From NCBI RefSeq assembly GCF_006345805.1, contig NW_021826273.1, positions 1 through 35,880 on the forward strand: DNA of 35,880 bases, in the 5' to 3' direction. Below, piece after piece: positions 24,457 through 35,880 of the stretch. Position numbers and translations under genes: made by a program. Numbering within the stretch: the stretch's first letter is position 1; every line of letters starts with the position of its first letter. The DNA comes from Octopus sinensis (lineage: Eukaryota). The notes under the pieces are model-generated. The model ran no database searches. It was given only the letters and a program-made list of their open reading frames with translations, and was not told the DNA's origin.

Positions 24457-24985
24457 CCCACCACCACCACCATCATCACTACCACCACCACCACCATCAC
24501 CACCACCACCATCATCACCACCACCACCACCACCACCACCACCACCACCACCACCATCACCACCATCACCATCATCACCACCACCACCACCACCACCACC
24601 ATCATCACCACCATCATCACCACCACCACTACCATCACCACCACCACCACCATCACCACCACCACCATCATCACTACCACCACCACCACCACCATCACCA
24701 CCATCACCATCATCACCACCACCACCATCACCACCACCATCATCATCACCACCACCACCATCACCATCACCATCATCACCACCACCATCACCACCACCAC
24801 CATCATCACCACCACCACCACCACAAACACCACCACCATCATCACCACCACCATCATCACCACCACCACCATCATCACCACCACCATCATCACCACCACC
24901 ACCATCACCACAAACATCATCCTCATCGCCACCACTACCATCACCACCACCACCATCTTCATCATCACCACCACCACCTCCACCA
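24457..24985. repeat. About 530-bp (CAC)/(CAT) trinucleotide array
   Basis: Direct; gives spurious poly-Pro, poly-Gly and poly-Val ORFs. Confidence 0.96.
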
Positions 24986-25006
24986 TAATGCTTTGTCCTT
25001 AAGTGT

Positions 25007-25408
25007 AGGCGCAAGCATGGCTGTGTAGTTAAGAAACTTGCTTTGCAACCAACTGGATTCGAGTTCAGTCCAACTGCGAGCTGGTGACTTCTACTATTGC
25101 CATGGGGCGACCAATGCTTTGCAACGGAATTTGGCTGACTGTAACTGTATGGAAGCCCATCATAAATTCGTGTGTGTGTGTGAGTATGTTCGCCAGCCCC
25201 AACGCACCGCTTGACAGCCGGTTTTGGCCTTTTTTTACGCTCCGTATAATAGCGGTTCGTCAAAAGAAACTGATAGAATAACCACGAGATTAAAGAAAGG
25301 AAAAAACAACAACATAAACACTGTGGTCGATTTGTTCGGCTAAAATTCTTTAAAGGCGGTGCCCCAGCATGGCCGTAGGTCGGTAATTGAAACAAATAAA
25401 ATATAAAG
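25007..25408 (+). mobile_element. SINE family A, degenerate full length
   Basis: CATGGCTGTGTAGTTAAG...GAGTTCAGTCC...CCCAGCATGGCCG. Confidence 0.85.
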
Positions 25409-25627
25409 ACACAAACCATATGCACATCTCTCAGATGTTTACAGACACATGCAGATACACATACATATACATGCACAAAGCGCACACAGACGCGCGCGCG
25501 CACACACTCACAAACACACACACACACCAGACTTCAATCAGTGAATCCGATACATCTTCATTAGTTATTATTATTATTATTATTATTTTTTCTTCTCATC
25601 ATCATCATTATTATTATTATTATTATT

Positions 25628-26040
25628 GGCGAGCTGGCAGAAACGTTAAGCACGCCGGGCGAAATGCTTAGCGGTATTTCGTCTGCCGTTACGTTCTGAG
25701 TTCAAATTCCGCCGAGGTCGACTTTGCCATTCATCCCTTCGGGGTCGATAAATATAGTACCAGTTACGCACTGGGGTCGATGTAATCGACTTAATCCGTT
25801 TGTCTGTCCTTGTTTGTCCCCTCTGTGTTTAGCCCGTTGTGGGTAGTAAATAAATAGGTATTTCGTCTGCCGTTACGCTCTGAGTTCAAATTCCGCCGAG
25901 GTCGACTTTGCCTTTCATCCTTTCGGGGTCGATAAATAAAGTACCAGTTACGCACTGGGGTCGATGTGATCAACTTAATACGTATATCTGTCCTTGTTTG
26001 TCCTCTCTATGTTTAGCCCCTTGTGGGTAATAACGAAACA
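25628..26040 (+). mobile_element. tRNA-derived SINE family B dimer (full unit plus headless unit from 25857), in (TTA)n
   Basis: A-box-like TGGCAGAAACG, B box GAGTTCAAATTCC, body GCCTTTCATCCTTTCGGGGTCGATAAA, tail GTCCCCTCTGTGTTTAGCCC..TGTGGGTAATAA. Confidence 0.9.
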
Positions 26041-26049
26041 AATTATTAT

Positions 26050-26102
<53 letters not shown>

Positions 26103-26290
26103 AGGTGGCGAGTTGACAGAATCATTAAGCAAGCCGGGCGAAATGCTTAGAAGTATTTCAGCCGTCGCTACGTTCTGAGTTCAAATTCCGCCGAGGTCGA
26201 CTTCGCCTTTCATCTTTCGAGGTCGATAAATCAGTACCAGTTACGCATTGAGGTCGATGTAATCGACTTAATCTACTCCCCCCAAGCTAC
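26103..26290 (+). mobile_element. SINE family B monomer lacking the Tx1-like tail
   Basis: Homologous to 25628-25795, then diverges after ATCGACTTAATC. Confidence 0.85.
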
Positions 26291-26322
26291 AATTGTGGAA
26301 AAAAAAATTTGAAATCATCATT

Positions 26323-26324
26323 AT

Positions 26325-26381
<57 letters not shown>

Positions 26382-26435
26382 TACTACTACTTCTACTTCT
26401 ACTACTACTACTACTACTACTACTACTGCTACTAC
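26323..26435. repeat. (CTA)n microsatellite (complementary to (TAG)n at 26050-26101)
   Basis: Direct. Confidence 0.95.
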
Positions 26436-26828
26436 TCTTTTACTCACTTTTACTTGTTTCAGTCAGGTGACTGTGGCCATGCTAGAGCACCGCCTTTCGT
26501 CGAGCAAATAGACCCCAGGACTCATTCTTCGTAAGCCTAGTACTTATTCTATCGGTCTCTTTTGCCGAACCGCTAAGTTACGGGGACGCAAACACACTAG
26601 CATCGGTTGTCAAGCGATGTTGGGGGGACAAACACAGATACAAACATATGCACACACACATACATATATATGTATACATATACACGACAGGCTTCTTTCA
26701 GTTTCCGTCTACCAAATCCACTCACAAGGATCCGCGGCTATAGTAGAAGACACTTGCCCAAGGTGCCACGCAGTGGGACTGAACCCAGAACCATGTGGCT
26801 GGTAAGCAAGCTACTTACCACACAGCCA
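26436..26828 (-). mobile_element. SINE family A, near full length
   Basis: Same motifs as 19935-20330. Confidence 0.93.
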
Positions 26829-26860
26829 ATCCTAAACCTTTTATTATTATTATTATTATT

Positions 26861-27025
26861 TATGGGTTTTTCTTCTTTCAAATTTGCTTCCATTTCTTGC
26901 CGAGTGTCTTCCCGACTCCTAGGGCAAAGAAACTCATAGTATACATTGGTAGGCCATTAAACTATACTCACTAGTTCGTTCATTTTTTTTTGATAGAAAT
27001 AAAGTTAAATCAAAATACATGGGTA
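26861..27025 (-). mobile_element. Possible 3' end of an R4/Dong-like retrotransposon in (TAA)n
   Basis: Unique 165 bp flanked on both sides by (TTA)n; minus-strand CCTAGGAGTCGGGAAGACACTCGG resembles R4/Dong 3' UTRs as recalled; no coding evidence. Confidence 0.35.
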
Positions 27026-27066
<41 letters not shown>

Positions 27067-27143
27067 TATTATTATTATTATTATTATCCACTGTAAATCA
27101 ATTTTCCGGTCCTCAAACGGATTTCTCCCCCCATCCCCCCACC

Positions 27144-27203
<60 letters not shown>

Positions 27204-27590
27204 ATCGTTTCTACCTTCATTTTTTTCCCTTTCTTTGCACTTCCACCCTTTTCACCTTGGCACCCCTATTTCACCCTGCCAATCATTCATATCAAATTCG
27301 TTAAGAAAACTTACAAAGTCACCGTAGCTTTATATCTGATCTTTGCTAAGATTAATCTAATCCAAACTTTGGGTGGGATAAAAATGTTTATTAACATGAT
27401 ATTTTAATTAAATAGGATCTATATCTATCTCAAAATAGATACGGAAAGAGGTGGGGTATTAAATACAAAAAAAATATTACATATAAACATTTTTTTTTTA
27501 TTTTATAAAAATGTGAAGAAAATTTTTTTTAAATACTAAAAACAATTATCAAAGATATTGTAAAAACTTAAATTGAATCTAAATTACTGT

Positions 27591-27988
27591 TTACTCTCTT
27601 TTACTCTTTTACTTGTTTCAGTCATTTGACTGCGGTCATGCTGGAGCACCGCCTTTAGTCAAGCAACTCGACCCCGGGACTTATTCTTTGTAAGCCCAGT
27701 ACTTATTCTATCGGTCTCTTTTGCCGAACCGCTAATTGACGGGGACATAAACACACCAGCATCGGTTGTCAAGCAATGCTAGGGGGACAAACACGCACAC
27801 ACATATATATATATATATACATATATACGACGGGCTTCTTTCAGTTTCCGTCTACCAAATCCACTCACAAGACATTGGTCGGCCCGAAGCTATAGTAGAA
27901 GACACTTGCCCAAGGTGCCACGCAGTGGGACTGAACCCGGAACCATGTGGTTGGCAGGCAAGCTACTTACCACACAGCCACTCCTGCG
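27591..27988 (-). mobile_element. SINE family A, full length, well preserved
   Basis: Minus: GCAGGAGTGGCTGTGTGGTAAG...GGGTTCAGTCCC...; tail ending in (GTAAAAGA)n repeats. Confidence 0.94.
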
Positions 27989-28374
27989 TTTAAAATAATA
28001 TTTTTTAATTAAAATATAGTTGTAATAAGATAAGGCGAAATAAAATAGAAGAAAACTAAGGCAAATATCCGTTATAAGAAACAGTAGCAGTAATAGCTTA
28101 AAATAGATATTTGTGTATCATATCAGAATAGGATACATTACGAAGAGGCAAATTAACAATAGTATTCATCTGGAGATAATATTTCTTATGGACGTACCGT
28201 GTTAAAAACGCAAATGGATCAGTAACAGACGAAAATCGTCGAACGACGGCGCTGCGATTGCTAAATGCGCATTTTTGCTTCTTTGGACTTTCAAAGTCTT
28301 TTCACAATGTACCTGCATTAAATATGATACATACATGTCTATTTTAATCCACTACAACTTCTAATACATATTCT

Positions 28375-28570
28375 TTTATTCTTTGACTTCTTACGGTCCT
28401 TTCACTGCGGCCATGCTGGAGTACCACCTTCAGTCGAACAAGTCGACCCCAAGACTTATTCGTTTAAGTCTAGTACTTATTCTATCGAGCTTTTTGCTGA
28501 ACCACTAAGTTACGGGGACGTAAACACACTAACATCGGTTGCCCAGCGATGGTTGGGTGACAAACACAAA
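28375..28570 (-). mobile_element. SINE family A 3' half
   Basis: CTGCGGCCATGCTGGAG...CTAGTACTTATTCTATCG...TAAGTTACGGGGACGTAAAC. Confidence 0.87.
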
Positions 28571-28577
28571 TACATAA

Positions 28578-28740
28578 TCTACTACATATGTGGGAAATTC
28601 TGTGTGTTTGTGGAATTCTTAGCTAACTCCTCCTACATCGTTTTATCGATTTTGATGAAAATTGACACGTGACTAGAACTCATGTCTGGAAACCTCAGAT
28701 TGTTGAAAAATTCGATAATATAGACCCTAGAAGGGATCCT
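28578..28740 (+). mobile_element. Probable Helitron-like 5' fragment
   Basis: A|TCTACTA start and AACTCCTCCTAC...TATCGATTTTGATGAAAATTG, a motif typical of non-autonomous Helitron/Helentron interiors (recalled). Confidence 0.45.
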
Positions 28741-28753
28741 TATATATATATAT

Positions 28754-28814
<61 letters not shown>

Positions 28815-28988
28815 TATATAAAATTAAATTAAGGGTAAAAATTGATATTTATCAATTAGAACCAGTGGTCTAGCATATTAAAGAAAGAATCCGAAGATTA
28901 AAATATTTATATATACCAATTGGTATATATAGTCCTTAATTGGTATATATATTATATATATACATATATACATATATATATATAATAT

Positions 28989-29024
<36 letters not shown>

Positions 29025-29025
29025 G

Positions 29026-29057
<32 letters not shown>

Positions 29058-29072
29058 ATATATATATATATT

Positions 29073-29108
<36 letters not shown>

Positions 29109-29497
29109 ATTATATATATATCTTATATATTTTATTTTAAAAGCCCATTCACCCCTGGAATGGATCCTTATATGTAGCCAAGGGAAATAACCCATTCATT
29201 TTCCTAAATTATTTGGTAAAAATGAAATTGACTATGCTTATTTCTTAGTATTTGAACTGTTAGAGTTATTTCCGCAATTTATCTAGTACAACCCTTAAAC
29301 AAGTAAATAGTATTTTCCTAAACAATAGATCCACTTATTTTGGTTAGTGGCTTATTCACGAATATTCCAACACTAGCGCCCCTGAGGGTAATATTCTCTG
29401 GGAACGCTCAAAGTCTCTTTTCAGAGTTATTTACTTTGAATTGTTATTATCTCATATGTGATTGGCCTTTTATTACGTAACCAGTTATGTATATACA

Positions 29498-29621
<124 letters not shown>

Positions 29622-29878
29622 CAACAATTGAGGGCAAAATTAATTAATTATTAATCAATTTCACCAAGTGTTCAGTATGCAAAGGGACCATTCAAGGCGA
29701 ATTCAAATTATTACATTATATAAAAGGGCTTAGTAAAATAAATTACTTTGCTGGTGGAAAGGGGAGAACAGAGATTCTTCGCTTGCTTATTTTGAATTTG
29801 TTGGCACTGTTAGTTGGGAGCAGATCTTCGAAAGGGTATGTTCTTATTTTCAGTGTTTCCAAATCCAAACCAAGGAAT

Positions 29879-29935
29879 TTCTGAGCCGATGATAGAAATG
29901 TTGTTTTGACTAATCTTGAAACGTACGTTCTCGAA
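29879..29935 (+). ncRNA. Type I hammerhead-like motif (core CCGAUGA), copy 1
   Basis: TTCTGAG-CCGATGA(29886-92)-weak helix II (AGA/TCT, GTT/GAC)-GAAA(29918-21)-CGTACG-TT-CTCGAA; palindrome ACGTACGT; GUU site. Confidence 0.6.
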
Positions 29936-30421
29936 TAACCTTAGCATTTGATTTTTCGATGTCCTTACCCCCAAACTTTTGTGAGTTGAATTAAGCAAAC
30001 ACTATATATGAGAGAGATTTTCTTTAAGTATTAGAAATAGCCTTAAAAAAGTTTTTTAGCTGCTATTTCTAATGAGTTCAGTATGCGGCAAAGTAATTTA
30101 TTTTACTAAGCCCTTTTATATAATGTAATATTTGAATTCGCCTTGAATGGTCCCTTTGCATACTGAACACTGGGTGAAATTGATTAATAATTAATTAATT
30201 TTGCCCTCAATTGTTGAAATTATAATTAATCTCCCTCTGATTAATGCTTCGGATTTTACCGAAATAAGCATAGTGTTTGATGATTTTAACCCACGCTGGT
30301 GGAAAGGGGAGAACAGAGATTCTTCGCTTGCTTATTTTGAATTTGTTGGCACTGTTAGTTGGGAGAGATCTTCGAAAGGGTTGTTCTTATTTTCAGTGTT
30401 TCCAAATCCAAACCAAGGAAT

Positions 30422-30478
30422 TTCTGAGCCGATGATAGAAATGTTGTTTTGACTAATCTTGAAACGTACGTTCTCGAA
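30422..30478 (+). ncRNA. Type I hammerhead-like motif, copy 2 (identical, 543 nt downstream)
   Basis: CCGATGA 30429-35; GAAA 30461-64; ACGTACGT; GUU site ending at 30472. Confidence 0.6.
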
Positions 30479-30658
30479 TAACCTTAGCATTTGATTTTTC
30501 GATGTCCTTACCCCCAAACTTTTGTGAGTTGAATTAAGCAAACACTATATATGAGACAGATTTTCTTTAAGTATTAGAAATAGCCTTAAAAAAGTTTTTT
30601 AGCTGCTATTTCTAATGAGTTCAGTATGCGGCAAAGTAATTATTTTACTAAGCCCTTT

Positions 30659-30689
<31 letters not shown>

Positions 30690-30729
30690 CATACATATTA
30701 TATATATATATATATATATATATAATAAT

Positions 30730-30783
<54 letters not shown>

Positions 30784-30810
30784 CATATATATTATATATA
30801 TCTATATATA

Positions 30811-30881
<71 letters not shown>

Positions 30882-31557
30882 GGTGCCACTTCGATATGGT
30901 CGCTCACTTTCACAGAAATATTACCCTAATTATCCCTCATTATCCTTGAATAAGGGAAAATCAGAAAGGTGATCATAACGCTTTTAACCATTCATCTGCT
31001 TGATCAGAACTGATCGATAACTGAAGTATAACAATTAGAAGTCACTCGGTACATAAGTAGAAAATTCACTTTTTCTCTCAAGCTCCCTTTCTCTCTATTT
31101 CTTCCTTTGTCTTTCTCTTTCTTTTACTTTCTTTCACTTTCACTTCTTCCCTATCTCTTTCACTCTCTTTCCCTTTCTCTTCCCCCTTCTCTCTCTGTCT
31201 CTCTGTCCCTCTTTCTCTACTCCCACTACCCATCACCCCTCTTTCAATCTCTCCTCAATAACGCCCACAACATTCTTAACCCATCAACCCTCTGAAAGCT
31301 GTTGACCTCTTACCTTTAAATCCACCCTTTATCCACCCATCATCCTATCATCCAATTGTACCTTCAACTGATCTCTGCCTACTCAAGCCCATATGTATGT
31401 ATGTATTTATGTATGTATGTATGTATGTATGTATGTATGTATGTATGTATGTATGTATGTATGTATGTATACGTGTCTGTATGTCTGTATGTATGTATCT
31501 ATGCATGTACGTATGTATATATGTATGTACGTACGTACGTATGTATTTATATATATA

Positions 31558-31976
31558 TCTCTTTTACTCTTTTACTCTTTTACTTGTTTCAGTCATTTGA
31601 CTGCGGCCATGCTGGAGCACCGCCTTTAATCGAGCAACTCGACCCCGAGACTTATTCGTTTGTAAGCCCAATACTTATTTTATCGGTCTCTTTTGCCGAA
31701 CCGCTAAGCAACGAGAACATAAACACACCACCATCGGTTGTCAAGCAATGCTAGGGAGACAAACACACACACACAAACACACACACACGCATATATATAT
31801 ATATATATACATATATACGACAGGCTTCTTTCAGTTTCCGTCTACCAAATCCACTCACAAGGCTTTGGTTGGCCCGAGGCTATAGTAGAAGATTGTTGCC
31901 CAAGGTGTCACGCAGTGGGACTGAACCCGGTACCATGTGGTTGGTAAACAAGCTATTTACCACACAGCCACTCCTA
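31558..31976 (-). mobile_element. SINE family A, full length
   Basis: Same motifs as 27591-27988. Confidence 0.93.
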
Positions 31977-32057
31977 TGTTTGTATTTATATATGTTTGTA
32001 TGTATGTATGTATGTATGTATGTATGTATGTATTTATGTATGTATGTATGTATGTAT

Positions 32058-32215
32058 ACGTCAGGCTTCTTTCAGTTTCCGTCTTCCGAATTCACTCACA
32101 AGGCATTAGTCAGTTATTGTAGAAGACACTTACCCAAGGTACCGCGGAGTGGGATTGAAACAGAAATCACGTGATTGTCCCGCGAGCTTCTTAATCACAC
32201 AACCAAGCGTGCGTC
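32058..32215 (-). mobile_element. SINE family A head half, degenerate
   Basis: GGCTTCTTTCAGTTTCCGTC...GTAGAAGACACTTACCCAAGG. Confidence 0.8.
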
Positions 32216-32336
32216 TATATATGGAACTTCCGTTCGACGGCACTTACCCAAGCCAGCTGTTTGCTAGTTTCACTTCCCACCCTTCCGCGCTTGACCTCAA
32301 AGAATCGTTTCTTCGTAGAGCTACTGAAACTTGTAG

Positions 32337-32747
32337 GTGAGCAAACAGAAACGTTAGCACGCCGAGCGAAATGCTTAGCGGTATTTCGTCTGCCGCTACG
32401 TTCCGAGTGCAAATTCCGCCGAGGTCGATTTTGCCTTTCATCCTTTTGGGGTCGATTAAATAAGTACCAGTTACGCACCAGGGTCGATATAATCGACTTG
32501 ATCCGTTTGTCTGTCTTTGTCTTCTCTGTGTTTAGCCCCTTTAGGGTAGTAAAGAAATAGATATTCGGTCTGCCGCTTCGTTCTGAGTTCAAATTCCGCC
32601 GAGGTCGACTTTGCCTTTCATCCTTTCGGAGTCGATTAAATAAGTACCAGTTACGCACTGGGGTTGATATAATCGACTTAATCCCTTTGTCTATCCTTGT
32701 TTGTCCCTTCTATGATTAGTCCCTTGTGAGCAATAAAGAAATATCCA
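32337..32747 (+). mobile_element. SINE family B dimer with 14-bp target-site duplication
   Basis: Homologous to 25628-26040; ACTGAAACTTGTAG at 32323-32336 and 32748-32761. Confidence 0.9.
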
Positions 32748-32909
32748 ACTGAAACTTGTAGTTATGCTTTCATTTGATCAAAGAGAGACTGTCTCCCCTT
32801 ATGAAAGCTGGACACCCAGGTTTGCCATTCCATTATTTTTAAATTCTTTTATTCTTTTATGCGTTTCAGCCATGCGGCGACTGTGGTCATGAAATATGAA
32901 AGAAATTCT

Positions 32910-33310
32910 TGTATACAGTACTTAGGTGCACTACAACTGAGAAAAAAAAAGCTATCAGGTATGATACTTTAGGCGGATTTCAGGAAGCATGAAAGTTTTG
33001 AAGGATGTAGTTTGTCGACAGCTATCGAATGATGCGAATGGTTTATTCCATGCTTCAACAATTCTGAGCATGAAAAAAATGTTTCCGAAAGTCATGGATG
33101 CTGTGTTGTTATTTTGATTCTGCGAGAATATCCTCGAGTGTTTGTCATGTGGAATTCAAAAAGGTACCCAAAGATTTTCTTTGGAAGATGGCGGATAATC
33201 TTGTAGGTATTTATCAAGTCAGTTGCCAGACGTCTGAGCTTCAATGTATCCATGCCCAGGGAAGAAAGACGTTCAGAGTATGTTAGATGTCTGATAGAAC
33301 GGGATCAAGG
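32910..33310 (-). mobile_element. CR1-clade LINE 3' fragment
   Basis: Minus: [35 protein letters not shown]...TRG...RIVEAWNK matches the CR1 ORF2 C-terminal pattern (YEERL..L.L..L..RR...DLI..YKI; WN.LP). Confidence 0.85.
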
Positions 33311-33334
33311 GGGAACACGATCTTGAAAAACATA

Positions 33335-33945
33335 TGTGTGCGTGTGTGTGTATGTGTGCATGTGTGCGTGTGTGTATGTGTGCGTGTGAGAGCGTGTCTG
33401 TGTGTGTGTGTCTGTCTGTGTGTCTGTGTGTGCGCATATTTGTGTGCGTGTGTGTGTGTATGTGTGCATGTGTGCGTGTGAGAGTGTGTCTGTGTGTGCG
33501 CATATTTGTGTGCGTGTGTGTGTATGTGTGCATGTGTGCGTGTGAGAGTGTGTCTGTGTGTGTGTCTGTGTGTGCGCATATTTGTGTGCGCGTGTGTGTA
33601 TGTGTGCATGTGTGCGTGTGAGAGTGTGCATGTCTGCGTCTGTGTGCGCATATTTGTGTGGGTGTGTGTGTATGTATGCATGTGTGCGTGTGAGAGTGTG
33701 TATGTATGTGTGTCTGTTTGTGCGCCTATTTGTGTGCGTGTGTGTGTATGTGTGTATGTGTGCGTGTGAGAGTGTGTATGCGTGTGCATGTGTTTATCTC
33801 TGTATGTGCGCATATTTATGTGCGTGTGTGCGTGTGAGAGTGAGTATGTGTGTGTATGTGTGTGTGTGCGTGCGTGTGTGTGTGTGTATGTGCGTGTGAG
33901 AGTGAGTATGTGTGTGTATGTGTGTGTGTGTGCGTGTGCGTGTGC

Positions 33946-33997
<52 letters not shown>

Positions 33998-34020
33998 TGT
34001 GCGTGTGTACGTGTGTGTGT
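33335..34020. repeat. TG-rich higher-order minisatellite (about 64-80 bp units) grading into (TG)n
   Basis: Recurrent GCGCATATTTGTGTG...ATGTGTGCATGTGTGCGTGTGAGAG. Confidence 0.9.
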
Positions 34021-34029
34021 TCTCTTCTG

Positions 34030-34410
34030 TTTTTAATTATTTCAAATTCCCATGTAAGGGAGGGATTGGTTTCTATCAAAGACAAAAGCTCCATCGTTGA
34101 AATGTAGTTGACAAAAACAAATACCAATTTTGAAAATTGAGATTGTATTTGTAAAAGATTGTATTTGTAACGTGCGTGTTAACTGGTTGAGCTCTTTCTG
34201 AAAACGCTAGCTTATCCAGATTGTCTTTTAGGCATTTACTCACAAAACTAAGCGCCCCAGTTATTGGCATAAATGTGAATTCGTAATCTGAGTATAGAAG
34301 TTGGAAGTTTCGAAGCAAATGACCCAAGTTATCGTCTTTCTTTTCGATTTTCGAAGTGATATTCCCATCAGGGGGGGGGGCAGTTGACCTCTACCACACG
34401 TTGCATACGT
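34030..34410 (-). mobile_element. RLE-type (R4/NeSL-like) non-LTR retrotransposon 3' fragment
   Basis: Minus: VVEVNCP..DGNITSKIEKKDDNLGHLLRNFQLLYSDYEFTFMPITGALSFVSKCL matches the restriction-like endonuclease C-terminus (E..CP.D.N...K..K....L...P...GALG). Confidence 0.78.
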
Positions 34411-34452
34411 TTCTTTCTATGTCTGATGTATGTATATATATATACTTACACA

Positions 34453-34475
34453 TAGATAGATAGATAGATAGATAG

Positions 34476-34541
<66 letters not shown>

Positions 34542-34730
34542 TGTAAAGACACATCTTTTTGCTTATCGATACGATGGATATACACACATATGCACGCATA
34601 CATACGTACATACATACATACATACATGCATGCATGCATACATACATACATAAATACATGCATACATACATACATGCATACATACATACTTACATACATA
34701 CATACATACACACATGCATGCATACATACT
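34453..34730. repeat. (GATA)n and (CATA)n microsatellites
   Basis: Direct. Confidence 0.93.
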
Positions 34731-35279
34731 TAGGTATACAATCATTCACACACGTATTCAACCGCACCCATACGAGTATATACACACATATACACATGCA
34801 TATATATACTTACATATACGTATGTCAAAAGACGTACACTCACACAAGATAAAGAGATGATTGCTGCCAGATGTTTTTCTGTTAAAGTTCTGTAATTTAA
34901 TTTATTTTCCTAGTAATTCTAACCTTTATATGACTACATATACACATGAATGCATGTGTATATAACACGTACGTCCATATATACATAGATTTTATACATA
35001 CATACGTATATGCATATGTGTCTGTACGTATGCATATGTATATGTGTGTGTGTGTGTGTATAGTATATATATATATATATATAAGGAGAGAGAGAGAGAG
35101 AGCGAGAGAAAGATAGAGGAGAGATGCACATATGCATATATATGTATGTTTGTGTGTGTGTGTGTATATATACAACACACACACACGCGCGCGCACACAT
35201 AAGCACAGGCACATAGATATTAGCATTTTTATCATTCATACACATATGCAATGCTTATAAACATTTTTGTATTTCTACA

Positions 35280-35319
35280 CATATATATATATATATATAT
35301 ACATATATATTATATATAA

Positions 35320-35375
<56 letters not shown>

Positions 35376-35410
35376 GTATACATACATACATACATACATA
35401 CATACATACA

Positions 35411-35446
<36 letters not shown>

Positions 35447-35580
35447 TATTTATATATATTATATATATACATACATACATACATACATACATACATACAT
35501 ACATACATACATAAATACATACATTCTTACATGCATGCATACACACGTATACACACACACATACTCACTCATACACACAC
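35280..35580. repeat. Compound (TA)n/(CA)n/(CATA)n microsatellite
   Basis: Direct. Confidence 0.94.
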
Positions 35581-35880
35581 GTATGTCAACTTGCGTTTAT
35601 ATATGCATACATATGGTGTCAAATCATCTGGGCGTATTAAATTCTAGTTTTTGCTTTTGTGCATCAGAACAGCGTCAGGCTTACCTCGTATTTTCTTTGT
35701 TAAACGAATAATAAAATGAAGAGGTCATTTAAAAGAATTGAAATATGTTGAAACTGTATCATGAGGTTATAATTAATTTTTTTGAATAAGTGTCACTGAA
35801 AACTTAGGCTTTAATTTGTTGACGACGCATGACTGCGTATAATGAATGTACAGTTCCTACCCAATCCTTTTCTCTGGTTA

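Noticed and set aside
24340-25527. Gly-rich or extensin-like Pro-rich proteins
   Set aside because: Pure CAC/CAT array with no codon variety; the remainder of the ORF reads through a SINE
25628-26290. CRISPR-like repeated units
   Set aside because: Tandem SINE copies of about 200 bp, no unique spacers, no cas genes, eukaryotic context
26050-26435. (TAG)n and (CTA)n forming inverted arms around a SINE
   Set aside because: Likely coincidental in such repeat-dense DNA; no TSD or element boundaries
28907-28930. Palindrome TATATATACCAATTGGTATATATA
   Set aside because: Mostly self-complementary TA repeat; no HHR core nearby
29810-30541. Duplicated 62-83 aa ORFs in the tandem unit
   Set aside because: Short, non-ATG starts, and indels between the two copies shift frames

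Overview
Repeat-saturated, AT-rich animal DNA with no supportable host gene. The SINE and microsatellite landscape looks cephalopod (Octopus-like), which is an inference from recall. Nearly all ORFs in the track are translations of (TA)n, (CA)n, (TATG)n, (GATA)n or (CAC)n. The real coding remnants are all retroelements: a Neptune-type Penelope-like (PLE) GIY-YIG endonuclease (5758-6410), four Tx1/L1-clade LINE pieces (three stacked in one GATA array, 12092-16593; one in a TC array, 22567-23051), a CR1-like 3' end and an RLE-type (R4/NeSL-like) 3' end. Also present are three tRNA-derived SINE families, a complete non-autonomous Helitron and a mariner-type MITE. The main unannotated signal is RNA structure. 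At least eight type I hammerhead-ribozyme (HHR) motifs from about five sequence families occur, most with palindromic helix III. They include two canonical-core copies (2252-2301, 5621-5713) and a non-coding tandem unit with a ribozyme every 543 nt (29614-30665, retrozyme-like). One SINE family also carries the 3' tail of the GATA-embedded Tx1 LINE found in the same window.
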